Assembly (NCBI GenBank): GCA_964635715.1
Contig: CAZWNZ010000001.1
Location: forward strand, 74,358 to 138,357
Source: an uncultured Gammaproteobacteria bacterium
Lineage (GTDB): Bacteria > Patescibacteriota > Microgenomatia > UBA8517
Length of the DNA stretch: 64,000 nucleotides
Reading direction: 5' to 3'
Positions 1 to 8,262 of this stretch are shown one piece after another (position 1 is the first letter of the stretch; every line of letters begins with the position of its first letter). The notes under the pieces were generated by a model, which saw only the letters and a program-made list of their open reading frames with translations, had not been told where the DNA came from and searched no databases. Made by a program: the position numbers and the translations under genes.

Positions 1-91
1 AAATCCGTCTGCAGCAAGATTATTGCTCCAAGCAATAAAAGTTCCCTGATCAAGCTGTAAAGTTCCAAAAAAAGAAAGTACAATTCTTAAT

Positions 92-1285
92 ATGAGAGCA
101 ATAAAAAGAATATATAAAATATTGAGTGAAAAAAAATTGGTTTTTGCTTTCTTCGCTTTAGCTCTCATAGTTTATTTCATAACTTCGGCAGGTAAAACTC
201 CTTACGACTATTTTACCCGACTTTCCGATTCATTTCTCCAGGGAAAATATTATCTCACAGTAAACCCACCATGGCTTTCTGAATTGATACCGGAAGGAAT
301 AAATAAATTTTATGTTGTCTATCCTCCTATGCCGGCAATTTTAGCAATGCCTTTCCGTCTTGTACTGGGAGAGTTATTTGAGCAACAATTTTTGGCTCAT
401 ATTTTAGGCGCAGGTATCGTTGCTCTGACAATGCTTACTTCATGGAGTGTTAAAAAAGACAAAAAATTGATGGTGTGGATAGGTCTTCTGACTGCTCTTG
501 GAAATATAATTTGGTTTTTATCCGCCACCGGCTCTTCATGGTATCTGGGACAAATTTCTTCAGCTTTTTTCTTGTCATTTGCATTATATGAAGCACTAAC
601 TAAAAAGCGGCCATTCATCACAGGATTGTTGTTTGGTGCAGCTTTCTTGTCTCGGATAAATATCTGCGTTTCCATACCGGTTTTCTTGTACGCATATTGG
701 AATAAGGAAAAATGGTTTGTAAACTATCTGAGGTTTGGACTGGGGATGCTGCCATTTATACTTTTCAACTTCTTTTATAACTACATCAGATTTGAAACTA
801 TTTGGGATCAGGCTTACTACTTATTGCCAAGCGTATTAAACGAACTTGACAAACCCTGGTTTATTAAAGGGGTAATGAATGTTGCTTACATTCCCAGTAA
901 TCTAATTGCTGCCTTTTGGTCTTTTCCCAAAATTTTGAAAGTGCCTCCTTATATTGAGCCTTCGTGGGCGGGGCTTGCCATTTGGATAACAACCCCAGCT
1001 TTTATTTTTTCGCTCCGTGCGCCTATTAAGGAAAAACTGACACGGTTTTTATGGATCTCCGTTCTTCTTACTTTTTTAACGGTTTCCATGCATGGCGGGA
1101 CGGGTTGGGCGCAGTTCGGTTATAGATTCGCTGTTGATTTTTACCCTTTCCTTTTTTTGCTCGTCATTAAAAGTGTTGCCAAAACCGGAGTCAGGTGGAA
1201 CCATTGGTTCTTGTTGATTCTATCTATCGTAGTTAATCTCTGGGGAGTTATCTTTATAAACAAATTTGGATGGGTCAGTTTTTAA
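92..1285 (+). CDS. Polytopic integral membrane protein, GT-C-like (ArnT/PMT-type) glycosyltransferase candidate
   Basis: 397-aa ORF with many hydrophobic helices; resembles membrane glycosyl/mannosyltransferases; no precise family assignable by eye. Confidence 0.45.
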   Translation: MRAIKRIYKILSEKKLVFAFFALALIVYFITSAGKTPYDYFTRLSDSFLQGKYYLTVNPPWLSELIPEGINKFYVVYPPMPAILAMPFRLVLGELFEQQFLAHILGAGIVALTMLTSWSVKKDKKLMVWIGLLTALGNIIWFLSATGSSWYLGQISSAFFLSFALYEALTKKRPFITGLLFGAAFLSRINICVSIPVFLYAYWNKEKWFVNYLRFGLGMLPFILFNFFYNYIRFETIWDQAYYLLPSVLNELDKPWFIKGVMNVAYIPSNLIAAFWSFPKILKVPPYIEPSWAGLAIWITTPAFIFSLRAPIKEKLTRFLWISVLLTFLTVSMHGGTGWAQFGYRFAVDFYPFLFLLVIKSVAKTGVRWNHWFLLILSIVVNLWGVIFINKFGWVSF

Positions 1286-1286
1286 A

Positions 1287-2366
1287 ATGAAAAAGATTAC
1301 TCTTTATCTAATTCTTAATAGGGTTGCACTTTTTCTGATTGCTTTTTTTCTTTCAAAGATAGAGACTTTTAGTAAATTCTTACTTACCTTCGGTCACAGA
1401 TGGGACGGCAATAGTTACATATTTATAGCAACGCATGGTTATGTAACTACCGGTCCCGAAAAAAATTTTTTGGTTTTTCCGCCTCTTTATCCATTATTTA
1501 TCAAGTTCGTCTCCTTCTTAGGAATTAATCCAATATTGGGCGGTGTAATCATTTCAAATATCTTTTTTATATTGGCTATACTTGTTTTATATAAACTGAT
1601 CTGTCAAAAATGGAGTAAAGAGATTGCCCTTACTACCATAATTTTAATTTCAGTTTTTCCGACCACATATTTCTTTTCAGTTGCGTACCCGGAGTCTCTA
1701 TTTGTGTTTCTCTTTGCTTTATCATTTTATTTCTCCAGCAAAAATAAATTTTTCCTTTCAGCCCTGGTGGGTGGTTTTGCAGCAATTACCCGCCCTTTCG
1801 GATTGGTTATTTTTCCATCAATTCTTCTCTTTATGTTGAATGGTAAAAAGACAGACTTGAAAAATCTATTTATTACCGGCGCCTTATTTATCCTACCTAC
1901 AATTCCCTACCTTTATATAAATTATTCATTGTTTGGTAGCCATCTGGCCTTTGCAACACTCTTAAAAGAAAATTGGCAAAAAAGTTTAGACTTTCCATGG
2001 AATGGGATTCTTGCATGCTGGAAAGTGGGAATTTTTACTCAAGATTCTTTCATCTACAAATACTTAGTGGGCTATGCCGAGGCAATTGCTTCTACGGTTG
2101 CCTGGATCTTCACAATGATAGGAATTAAGAAATGGAAATTTAAGTCACCATACCTACTTTACTTATTTTTAGGAACTCTCTTATTTACCTCAACCGGCTT
2201 TATATTAAGCTCGCCCCGATACCTTCTTTCAATACCGCCATTTTTCATTCTCTTTGCCGAACTTATTTCTAAAAAGAAGTTAATTTTATTTATCTGGATA
2301 CCGATTTCTTTAGGTTTGCTTTGCCTATTTGTGAAAACATTTACTTCGGGAAGTTGGGCTTTTTAA
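1287..2366 (+). CDS. Polytopic integral membrane protein, second GT-C-like transferase candidate
   Basis: ORF 1266..2366; the MKKITLYL start at 1287 lies 2 nt after the upstream stop; more than 8 predicted TM helices. Confidence 0.4.
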   Translation: MKKITLYLILNRVALFLIAFFLSKIETFSKFLLTFGHRWDGNSYIFIATHGYVTTGPEKNFLVFPPLYPLFIKFVSFLGINPILGGVIISNIFFILAILVLYKLICQKWSKEIALTTIILISVFPTTYFFSVAYPESLFVFLFALSFYFSSKNKFFLSALVGGFAAITRPFGLVIFPSILLFMLNGKKTDLKNLFITGALFILPTIPYLYINYSLFGSHLAFATLLKENWQKSLDFPWNGILACWKVGIFTQDSFIYKYLVGYAEAIASTVAWIFTMIGIKKWKFKSPYLLYLFLGTLLFTSTGFILSSPRYLLSIPPFFILFAELISKKKLILFIWIPISLGLLCLFVKTFTSGSWAF

Positions 2367-3451
2367 TTAGTAAGTACTGAGGCAAACCACTTTTGAATTT
2401 CGCTCCAGTTTCCATTTCCGGCTTTCGGAATAAAAACATATAAGTTATCATATTCCGCCGTTGCTTTAGGATTTTCTAAAAATTCTTCAGGCAAAGTAAA
2501 CTGCTCTATATTACTGCTATCCCAAACTTTTCTAACCAAAATTCCGGCCGTAGGATAATCAATATCTGTCTCGACATATTTTTCAACAATGGACAAAAGC
2601 ACTGAGATATTACCTGGCGACAAATATTTTAAAGGGTTAGTCAGTTTGTTTTTTATCGCTTCAATCACCTTCTGTTGTCTGGCTTCACGGGCGATATCTG
2701 TACCCTCATCACCCTCTGCATGACGCGAGCGGACAAATTTTAGGGCGGTTTCTCCGTTCATGGTCTGGACACCTGAATAAAAAGTTACTGCTTCATAACG
2801 GCAAGCATACGATATGTCTCCGTTACAAGTGTCGTTTTCCTTTCCCTCGATTGGGTACAAAGTGTCCGTAAAATCATTCTCCACATTAACCTCAATTCCG
2901 CCGAATGCATCGACAATTTCTTTAAACGCCGAAAAATCTACAACAACCGCATATTGTATGGGTTGACCCACAACATCTCCCACAATTTTTTTGGTAAAAG
3001 AAATTCCGCCACCAGTTTCCTCCTTAGTAAAATAGGCTGTTCCTTCATTACCCCAATAGTAAACAGAATTAATTTTTGATTTCAAATTCGGAAGCCAGAG
3101 ATCTCTTGGAATCGATATGGTTTTGGCCATACCGTCGGAGACCGGAATTGAAACCAAAATTATGGAATCTGTGAGATCCGCACCCTCATGATTTCCGCCG
3201 GATTTGCCCATCACTAAAATATTTATTCTTCCGTTAGTGGTATTAACTTGATCGGAGGGGGAGGCAATAAAATTGTAAGCTGCCCGGGCAACTAAAGGAA
3301 ATTTGCATACAAAAATACCAAGTCCCGAAATAAATAAAAGTGTCAAACCTAAAAACACCAAAAGGAACACTTTCCAAGGTTTATTTTTTGATTTTTTAGC
3401 CTCTTTTGCCGGTCGCTCCACTACATCTTCAGTGTTAGAATTATCAGACAT
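2363..3451 (-). CDS. LytR-CpsA-Psr (LCP) family cell-envelope phosphotransferase
   Basis: N-terminal TM anchor then LCP core (INILVMGKSGG...ADLTDSIILVSIPVSDGMAKTISIPRDLWLP). The ORF runs to 3517, but the internal start MSDNSN at 3451 avoids a 68-nt head-to-head overlap with the helicase. Confidence 0.7.
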   Translation of the reverse strand: MSDNSNTEDVVERPAKEAKKSKNKPWKVFLLVFLGLTLLFISGLGIFVCKFPLVARAAYNFIASPSDQVNTTNGRINILVMGKSGGNHEGADLTDSIILVSIPVSDGMAKTISIPRDLWLPNLKSKINSVYYWGNEGTAYFTKEETGGGISFTKKIVGDVVGQPIQYAVVVDFSAFKEIVDAFGGIEVNVENDFTDTLYPIEGKENDTCNGDISYACRYEAVTFYSGVQTMNGETALKFVRSRHAEGDEGTDIAREARQQKVIEAIKNKLTNPLKYLSPGNISVLLSIVEKYVETDIDYPTAGILVRKVWDSSNIEQFTLPEEFLENPKATAEYDNLYVFIPKAGNGNWSEIQKWFASVLTN

Positions 3452-5417
3452 GTCAGATTCTAGTATAACAGGCCAGAGCCCCCATTCGACAGAGAATGTT
3501 GTAACCGGCTTAAACAAACAACAACAGGAAGCCGTTACCTATACCGACGGGCCACTTTTGGTCTTAGCGGGTGCAGGGTCCGGAAAGACCAAAGTCTTGA
3601 CCCACAGGGTAGCTTATTTTATTTCCAAAGATTTAATAAAACCTGAAAATGCACTTCTTTTGACATTCACCAACAAAGCTGCTGCCGAAATGAAAGAGAG
3701 AATCTCAAAACTTCTAGATTCTAGATTCCAGATTCTAGCTTCTACTTTTCATTCTTTCTGTGCCAAAATTTTAAGAATCGACGGCGAGAATATTGGAGTT
3801 CCCAAAAACTTCATCATTTACGACGAAGCTGATCAAAAAGACTCCGTCAAAGAAATTATGGATACCCTCGGTCTTTCTACCGATCAATATGCCCCGTCCT
3901 CAATTCTCAATGGAATAAGTGAAGCAAAAAATCAAATGCTTTCCCCGGCAGAATATATTAACTTCGTCAGAAGTGACTGGCAGGAAGTTGCAGCTAAAGT
4001 TTATCTGGAATATGAAAAGAAATTAAAAGAAATTGGGGCGTTGGACTTTGACGATCTTCTTATTAAAACAGTAAATCTCTATCAGGAAGTTCCTGAAATT
4101 TTGAAGAAATGGCAGGAGCACCTAACTCACATCTTCGTTGACGAATGGCAGGATACCAATAAAATTCAATATACCCTGACCAAACTCCTGGTTGGACAAA
4201 GAAACAATATCACGGCGGTAGGGGATGCTTCCCAATCTATCTACTCGTGGAGAGGCGCCGATTACCGAAATATTAATTATTTAACGCGCGATTATCCAAA
4301 TATAAAAATAGTTAATTTAGAACAAAACTATCGCTCAACGGAAAATATTCTTAATGCTGCCAATTTGGTTATTTCCAAAAATACTAGCCATCCGATATTA
4401 AAACTTTGGACAGAAAAAGAAAAAGGGGGAAGGATTAAGCTTTATGCCGCAAGAAATGGTTTTGATGAAGCGGACTATGTCGTGAGCGAAATTGAACGAC
4501 TAGCCCGATCCAAAAATTACGGGTACAAAGACATCGCCATTTTATACCGTACAAATGCCCAATCCCGTGTCTTGGAAGAAGCCTTCCTGCATACAGGTAT
4601 TCCCTATGTTCTCGTCGGTGGAGTCAAGTTTTATGACAGGAAGGAAATTAAAGATGTTATCAGCTTTATCAGATATATAGTAAACCCTAAAGATTCTGTT
4701 TCCAAAAGAAGAATTGAAAAAATAGGCATAAGGAGATTTGAAAAGCTAGATACCTTCAGGGTCGAAAGTCCGGACCTAACCGGACTTACAACTCTGGATC
4801 TACTCGATATTGTAATTCAAAAGACTGACTATCTGGCGCTTTTTCAAAAAAACACTGAAGAGAATCTGACCAGACTGGAGAACTTAAAAGAATTAAGAAG
4901 CGTGGCGACTGAATTTCCGGTTGTCAACGATTTTTTGGAAAATGTCACGCTAGTGGAAACCTCACAGGATTCGAATAAGCACATTACCCCAAATTCTCAA
5001 CTTAAAGACTGTGTATCACTGATGACTCTACATGCTGCCAAAGGTTTGGAATTCCCGATTATTTTTATAGTCGGAATGGAAGAAGGGCTTTTTCCACACA
5101 GCAGGTCTCTAATGGATAATAATCAAATGGAGGAAGAGCGCCGTCTTGCCTACGTCGGCATTACTCGTGCCAAAGAAATTCTTTACCTTACATATGCCAA
5201 CTCCCGTCTCTATTTTGGAGAAAGAATCAGCAACCCTCCAAGTCGTTTTATTATGGATATCCCCGAAGACCTTTTGGAGAACGTAGGTGATAAAATATGG
5301 AGAGATGACGCGTCCTCCAAAGCTTTGGCGTCGGAGGATTTAAAATTAGATTCAGTTGATGACATTAAAGGAACTTTTGATGACATTATCGAGAAATATT
5401 TAGAACATGACGAATAA
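3450..5417 (+). CDS. UvrD/PcrA/Rep-family ATP-dependent DNA helicase
   Basis: Q-motif and Walker A (LNKQQQEAV...GAGSGKTKVLTHRVAYF), DEWQDTN Walker B-type, C-terminal GLEFP/VGITRAK motifs. The ORF opens at 3303, but ATG 3450 gives a canonical N-terminus. Confidence 0.85.
   Translation: MSDSSITGQSPHSTENVVTGLNKQQQEAVTYTDGPLLVLAGAGSGKTKVLTHRVAYFISKDLIKPENALLLTFTNKAAAEMKERISKLLDSRFQILASTFHSFCAKILRIDGENIGVPKNFIIYDEADQKDSVKEIMDTLGLSTDQYAPSSILNGISEAKNQMLSPAEYINFVRSDWQEVAAKVYLEYEKKLKEIGALDFDDLLIKTVNLYQEVPEILKKWQEHLTHIFVDEWQDTNKIQYTLTKLLVGQRNNITAVGDASQSIYSWRGADYRNINYLTRDYPNIKIVNLEQNYRSTENILNAANLVISKNTSHPILKLWTEKEKGGRIKLYAARNGFDEADYVVSEIERLARSKNYGYKDIAILYRTNAQSRVLEEAFLHTGIPYVLVGGVKFYDRKEIKDVISFIRYIVNPKDSVSKRRIEKIGIRRFEKLDTFRVESPDLTGLTTLDLLDIVIQKTDYLALFQKNTEENLTRLENLKELRSVATEFPVVNDFLENVTLVETSQDSNKHITPNSQLKDCVSLMTLHAAKGLEFPIIFIVGMEEGLFPHSRSLMDNNQMEEERRLAYVGITRAKEILYLTYANSRLYFGERISNPPSRFIMDIPEDLLENVGDKIWRDDASSKALASEDLKLDSVDDIKGTFDDIIEKYLEHDE
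3712..3741. repeat. Heptamer tandem array (AGATTCT/AGATTCC units) inside the helicase CDS
   Basis: ttctagattctagattccagattctagcttc; encodes LLDSRFQILAS. Confidence 0.6.
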
Positions 5418-6405
5418 AATTGACGAAATTGCCACACATCCTTTACAGACAACTTATTGGGAGGATTTTAGAAAAGCTTGGGGAAATGAAGTTTTAGAAA
5501 CTCCCTGGGGGATTCTCACGGTTCACAAAATTCCGGCAACTTCCTACAAATTAGCCATTTTTGAAAAAGGACCGGCACCCAGCCGAGAGATGTTAATAGG
5601 ACTAAGGGATATTGCGCAAAATAATAATATTATATTCATCAAATTAGAACCTAATGTTGGCTGGGAAATTCTAAATTCTAAATTCCAAATTCCAAATAAA
5701 TCCGAATTAATTAAAATTCTAAAAGAAAACGGAGCCGTTCCAGGAAAGCGTTTTTTTACCCCAACAACTTTTTGGATTGATTTAACTAAGTCCGAGGAAG
5801 ACCTGCTAAAAAGTTTTACAAGTAAAACCCGCTACAACATCAGACTCGCTGAGAGAAAAGGAGTAAAAGTGAAAGAAGATAATTCCGAGAAAGCTTTCCA
5901 AAGCTATCTCGATTTAACCCGAGAGACAACTCAAAGGCAGGCTTTCTTTGCACATACAGAAAAATATCACCGGCTTATGTGGAAGTACCTGGGTGAAAGC
6001 CAAGAGATAAAAGATAAAAGAATTGCACATCTAATGACAGCAACTTATCGGGGCAAAATTATCACAACATGGATACTTTTTACCTGGAAAAACTTTTTGT
6101 ATTATCCCTACGGGGCTTCAACCAATGAACATAAAGAGGTCATGGCCAATAACTTAATGATGTGGGAAGCGATAAAATTCGGTAAGAAACTCGGACTTAC
6201 CACCTTTGATCTCTGGGGGAGAGAGGAAGGTAAAGGATTCACAAAATTTAAGGAAGGTTACAATCCCAAAGTAATTGAGTTTCTAGGCACTTGGGATTTG
6301 GTGGTGAATAAATCAATTTACTGGATTTATAGAGTAGCGGAGGGAATTCGTTGGAAAATCTTAAAAACTTCAGCAAGAATTGGTTTATCCCGCCATAGAT
6401 TTTAA
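5407..6405 (+). CDS. FemAB-family peptidoglycan interpeptide-bridge peptidyltransferase
   Basis: KTRYNIRLAERKGVKV and overall FemX/FemAB-like layout; ATGA overlap with the helicase stop. Confidence 0.65.
   Translation: MTNKIDEIATHPLQTTYWEDFRKAWGNEVLETPWGILTVHKIPATSYKLAIFEKGPAPSREMLIGLRDIAQNNNIIFIKLEPNVGWEILNSKFQIPNKSELIKILKENGAVPGKRFFTPTTFWIDLTKSEEDLLKSFTSKTRYNIRLAERKGVKVKEDNSEKAFQSYLDLTRETTQRQAFFAHTEKYHRLMWKYLGESQEIKDKRIAHLMTATYRGKIITTWILFTWKNFLYYPYGASTNEHKEVMANNLMMWEAIKFGKKLGLTTFDLWGREEGKGFTKFKEGYNPKVIEFLGTWDLVVNKSIYWIYRVAEGIRWKILKTSARIGLSRHRF
5667..5701. repeat. Heptamer tandem array (AAATTCT/AAATTCC units) inside the FemAB-like CDS
   Basis: aaattctaaattctaaattccaaattccaaataaa; encodes EILNSKFQIPNK. 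Confidence 0.6.
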
Positions 6406-6407
6406 AG

Positions 6408-7259
6408 ATGATAGATATCAGACAAAGTGGATCCTACGCCAAATATTTAAGAAGTCTTGGCTGGACTGTCGAGCGAATAGGAGGAATAAACTACTTCATT
6501 AAAAAGATGCCCATTTTAGGTTCAATTTTAAAGCTTCAAAGACCTGAGGAAATCAGAATGGACACGATCAAGGAATTATGCCAAAAATACGGTGTTTTTC
6601 AGATAATTATTGAGCCCAAAAACAACTTAGATGCTAAATATTTGGAATTTTCTGGCTTCAGGCTCTCAAAATCCACATATTTACCAAGTAAAACCTTACA
6701 AATTGACTTAACCCAAAGTAAGGAGGAGATTTTGAAACATTTTAAAAAAGATGCCAGGGCCGCAATTCGAAAGGGAAGTGATATAAAAAACGCAGAACAC
6801 ATAACCCCCGATGAAATAAAAATATTCCGGGAGGAGTGGAAAAAATCTGTAAAAACGTCACGATATGTACCGTCAGCCGAGCAACTAATTAAACTTAAAA
6901 AAAGTTTTCCACAATCACACTCGATGTTCCTTACGTCGCACAATATTTCTGGCAGAATTATAGGTGGAGTGATTTTCACGACTTCTTTCCACGAAAGATC
7001 AAACCATATCACATATTACTGGCAAGCATTCACAAATAAGGAGGGACGCACTTCCCTATCCCAGTACTTTCTCCTCTATCAAGGTATACTATGGGCCAAA
7101 AAGAAAGGCTATAAGGTTTTTGACTTTGAAGGAATATTCGATCCCCGATTCCCCAACAAGAGCTGGCTTGGTTTTTCCCACTTTAAACGCTCTTTTGGAG
7201 GCTACGAAGTTGATTATCCGGGGTGCTATACTATGTTTAGATTTCCATCCAAAATATGA
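6408..7259 (+). CDS. FemAB-family protein, shorter paralog
   Basis: C-terminal GFSHFKRSFGG matches the FemAB C-terminus; tandem with the preceding paralog. Confidence 0.55.
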   Translation: MIDIRQSGSYAKYLRSLGWTVERIGGINYFIKKMPILGSILKLQRPEEIRMDTIKELCQKYGVFQIIIEPKNNLDAKYLEFSGFRLSKSTYLPSKTLQIDLTQSKEEILKHFKKDARAAIRKGSDIKNAEHITPDEIKIFREEWKKSVKTSRYVPSAEQLIKLKKSFPQSHSMFLTSHNISGRIIGGVIFTTSFHERSNHITYYWQAFTNKEGRTSLSQYFLLYQGILWAKKKGYKVFDFEGIFDPRFPNKSWLGFSHFKRSFGGYEVDYPGCYTMFRFPSKI

Positions 7260-7525
7260 AAACCATAACAGAACTAGAGAAAGACATTGAAGAAATTAAA
7301 AAAAGAAACAATAAGGTAGAAATTGATAAAGCTTGGGAGACTTCATTTATTAGAAGATTACTTTTAATGCTTTTTACCTACTTTGCTATCGCCATTTACC
7401 TTAATGTAATTAAAGTTGATTCCCCATGGTTAAATGCAATTGTACCAGCTGTTGGTTTTATGCTTTCAACTCTTACCCTTCCTTTTTTTAAGAAGATTTG
7501 GATAATACTTTCTAAAAAAAATTAG
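7256..7525 (+). CDS. Small membrane protein, hypothetical
   Basis: ATGA-coupled to the upstream gene; one or two hydrophobic helices. Confidence 0.3.
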   Translation: MKTITELEKDIEEIKKRNNKVEIDKAWETSFIRRLLLMLFTYFAIAIYLNVIKVDSPWLNAIVPAVGFMLSTLTLPFFKKIWIILSKKN

Positions 7526-7906
7526 TCTGTATTTTTCAGTTTCTTTCAAACTTTCCTCTAGGAAAAACAAGTTTATCTTATCCCCATTACTCATTTCTTT
7601 TGGTGCAGTAGTAATTTTGATCAATTCCTCTGTTGTTCGACTACCAATTGTTTCATATCTTCCAGACATATTACCTATTACACCAGACACTATAATCAAA
7701 AATCTCCCTGGTCCATCATCTGCCAAAGCGTGTGCTAGTTCATGTTCTGCCTCAGATTTAGCAACATATTCGTAATTACCTTCCGTCATAACTTTATAGA
7801 AATCATCAATGGCTCTTATTTTCTCGTCTGCACTTGATAAAACATCACTTTGCCAATGGGTGTGTGGAAACCATTTCTGGGATTCAATGTTTTCTATCAT
7901 TTCCAC
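7466..7906 (-). CDS. Hypothetical protein with HEXXH (HELAH) motif, possible small metallopeptidase-like
   Basis: AEHELAHALADDG motif; no other recognisable domain; 60-nt convergent overlap with 7256..7525. Confidence 0.3.
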   Translation of the reverse strand: MEMIENIESQKWFPHTHWQSDVLSSADEKIRAIDDFYKVMTEGNYEYVAKSEAEHELAHALADDGPGRFLIIVSGVIGNMSGRYETIGSRTTEELIKITTAPKEMSNGDKINLFFLEESLKETEKYRLIFFRKYYPNLLKKRKGKS

Positions 7907-8001
7907 GAATTATATACCACAAGTAAATCTAAACAGCTTACAATTGATTATTGAGTGATTAATAAGGTATTTTAAATCAATTCTAATATATAATTATTGC
8001 C

Positions 8002-8262
8002 ATGGTTATTGAAAAGAAGGTTTGGCCTGAATATTTTAAAAAAATTAAGTCTAGTGACAAAACATTTGAACTAAGACTTGCTGATTGGAAATGTAAAACT
8101 GGTGATATCTTGATACTTAAAGAATGGGACCCAAAAACCAAAGAATACACAGGTCAAGAGATTGAGAAAAAAGTTACCTATGTGATTAAAACAAAGGATC
8201 AAAAATTTTGGAGCAAAGAAGAAATTGAAAAATACGGTCTTCAAGTAATTGGGTTTAAATAA
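8002..8262 (+). CDS. DUF3850/ASCH-like small protein
   Basis: MVIEKKVWPEYFKKIKSSDKTFELRLADWKCKTGDILILKEW matches the DUF3850 pattern (KxWPEYFxxVxxGxKTFExRxND...GDxLxLxEW). Confidence 0.55.
   Translation: MVIEKKVWPEYFKKIKSSDKTFELRLADWKCKTGDILILKEWDPKTKEYTGQEIEKKVTYVIKTKDQKFWSKEEIEKYGLQVIGFK

Noticed and set aside
397-675. Minus-strand 92-aa ORF inside the first membrane-protein gene
   Set aside because: It is nested antisense within a long hydrophobic ORF and shows no motif; likely spurious
5210-5452. 80-aa minus-strand ORF at the helicase 3' end
   Set aside because: It is antisense to the conserved helicase C-terminus and has no features of its own
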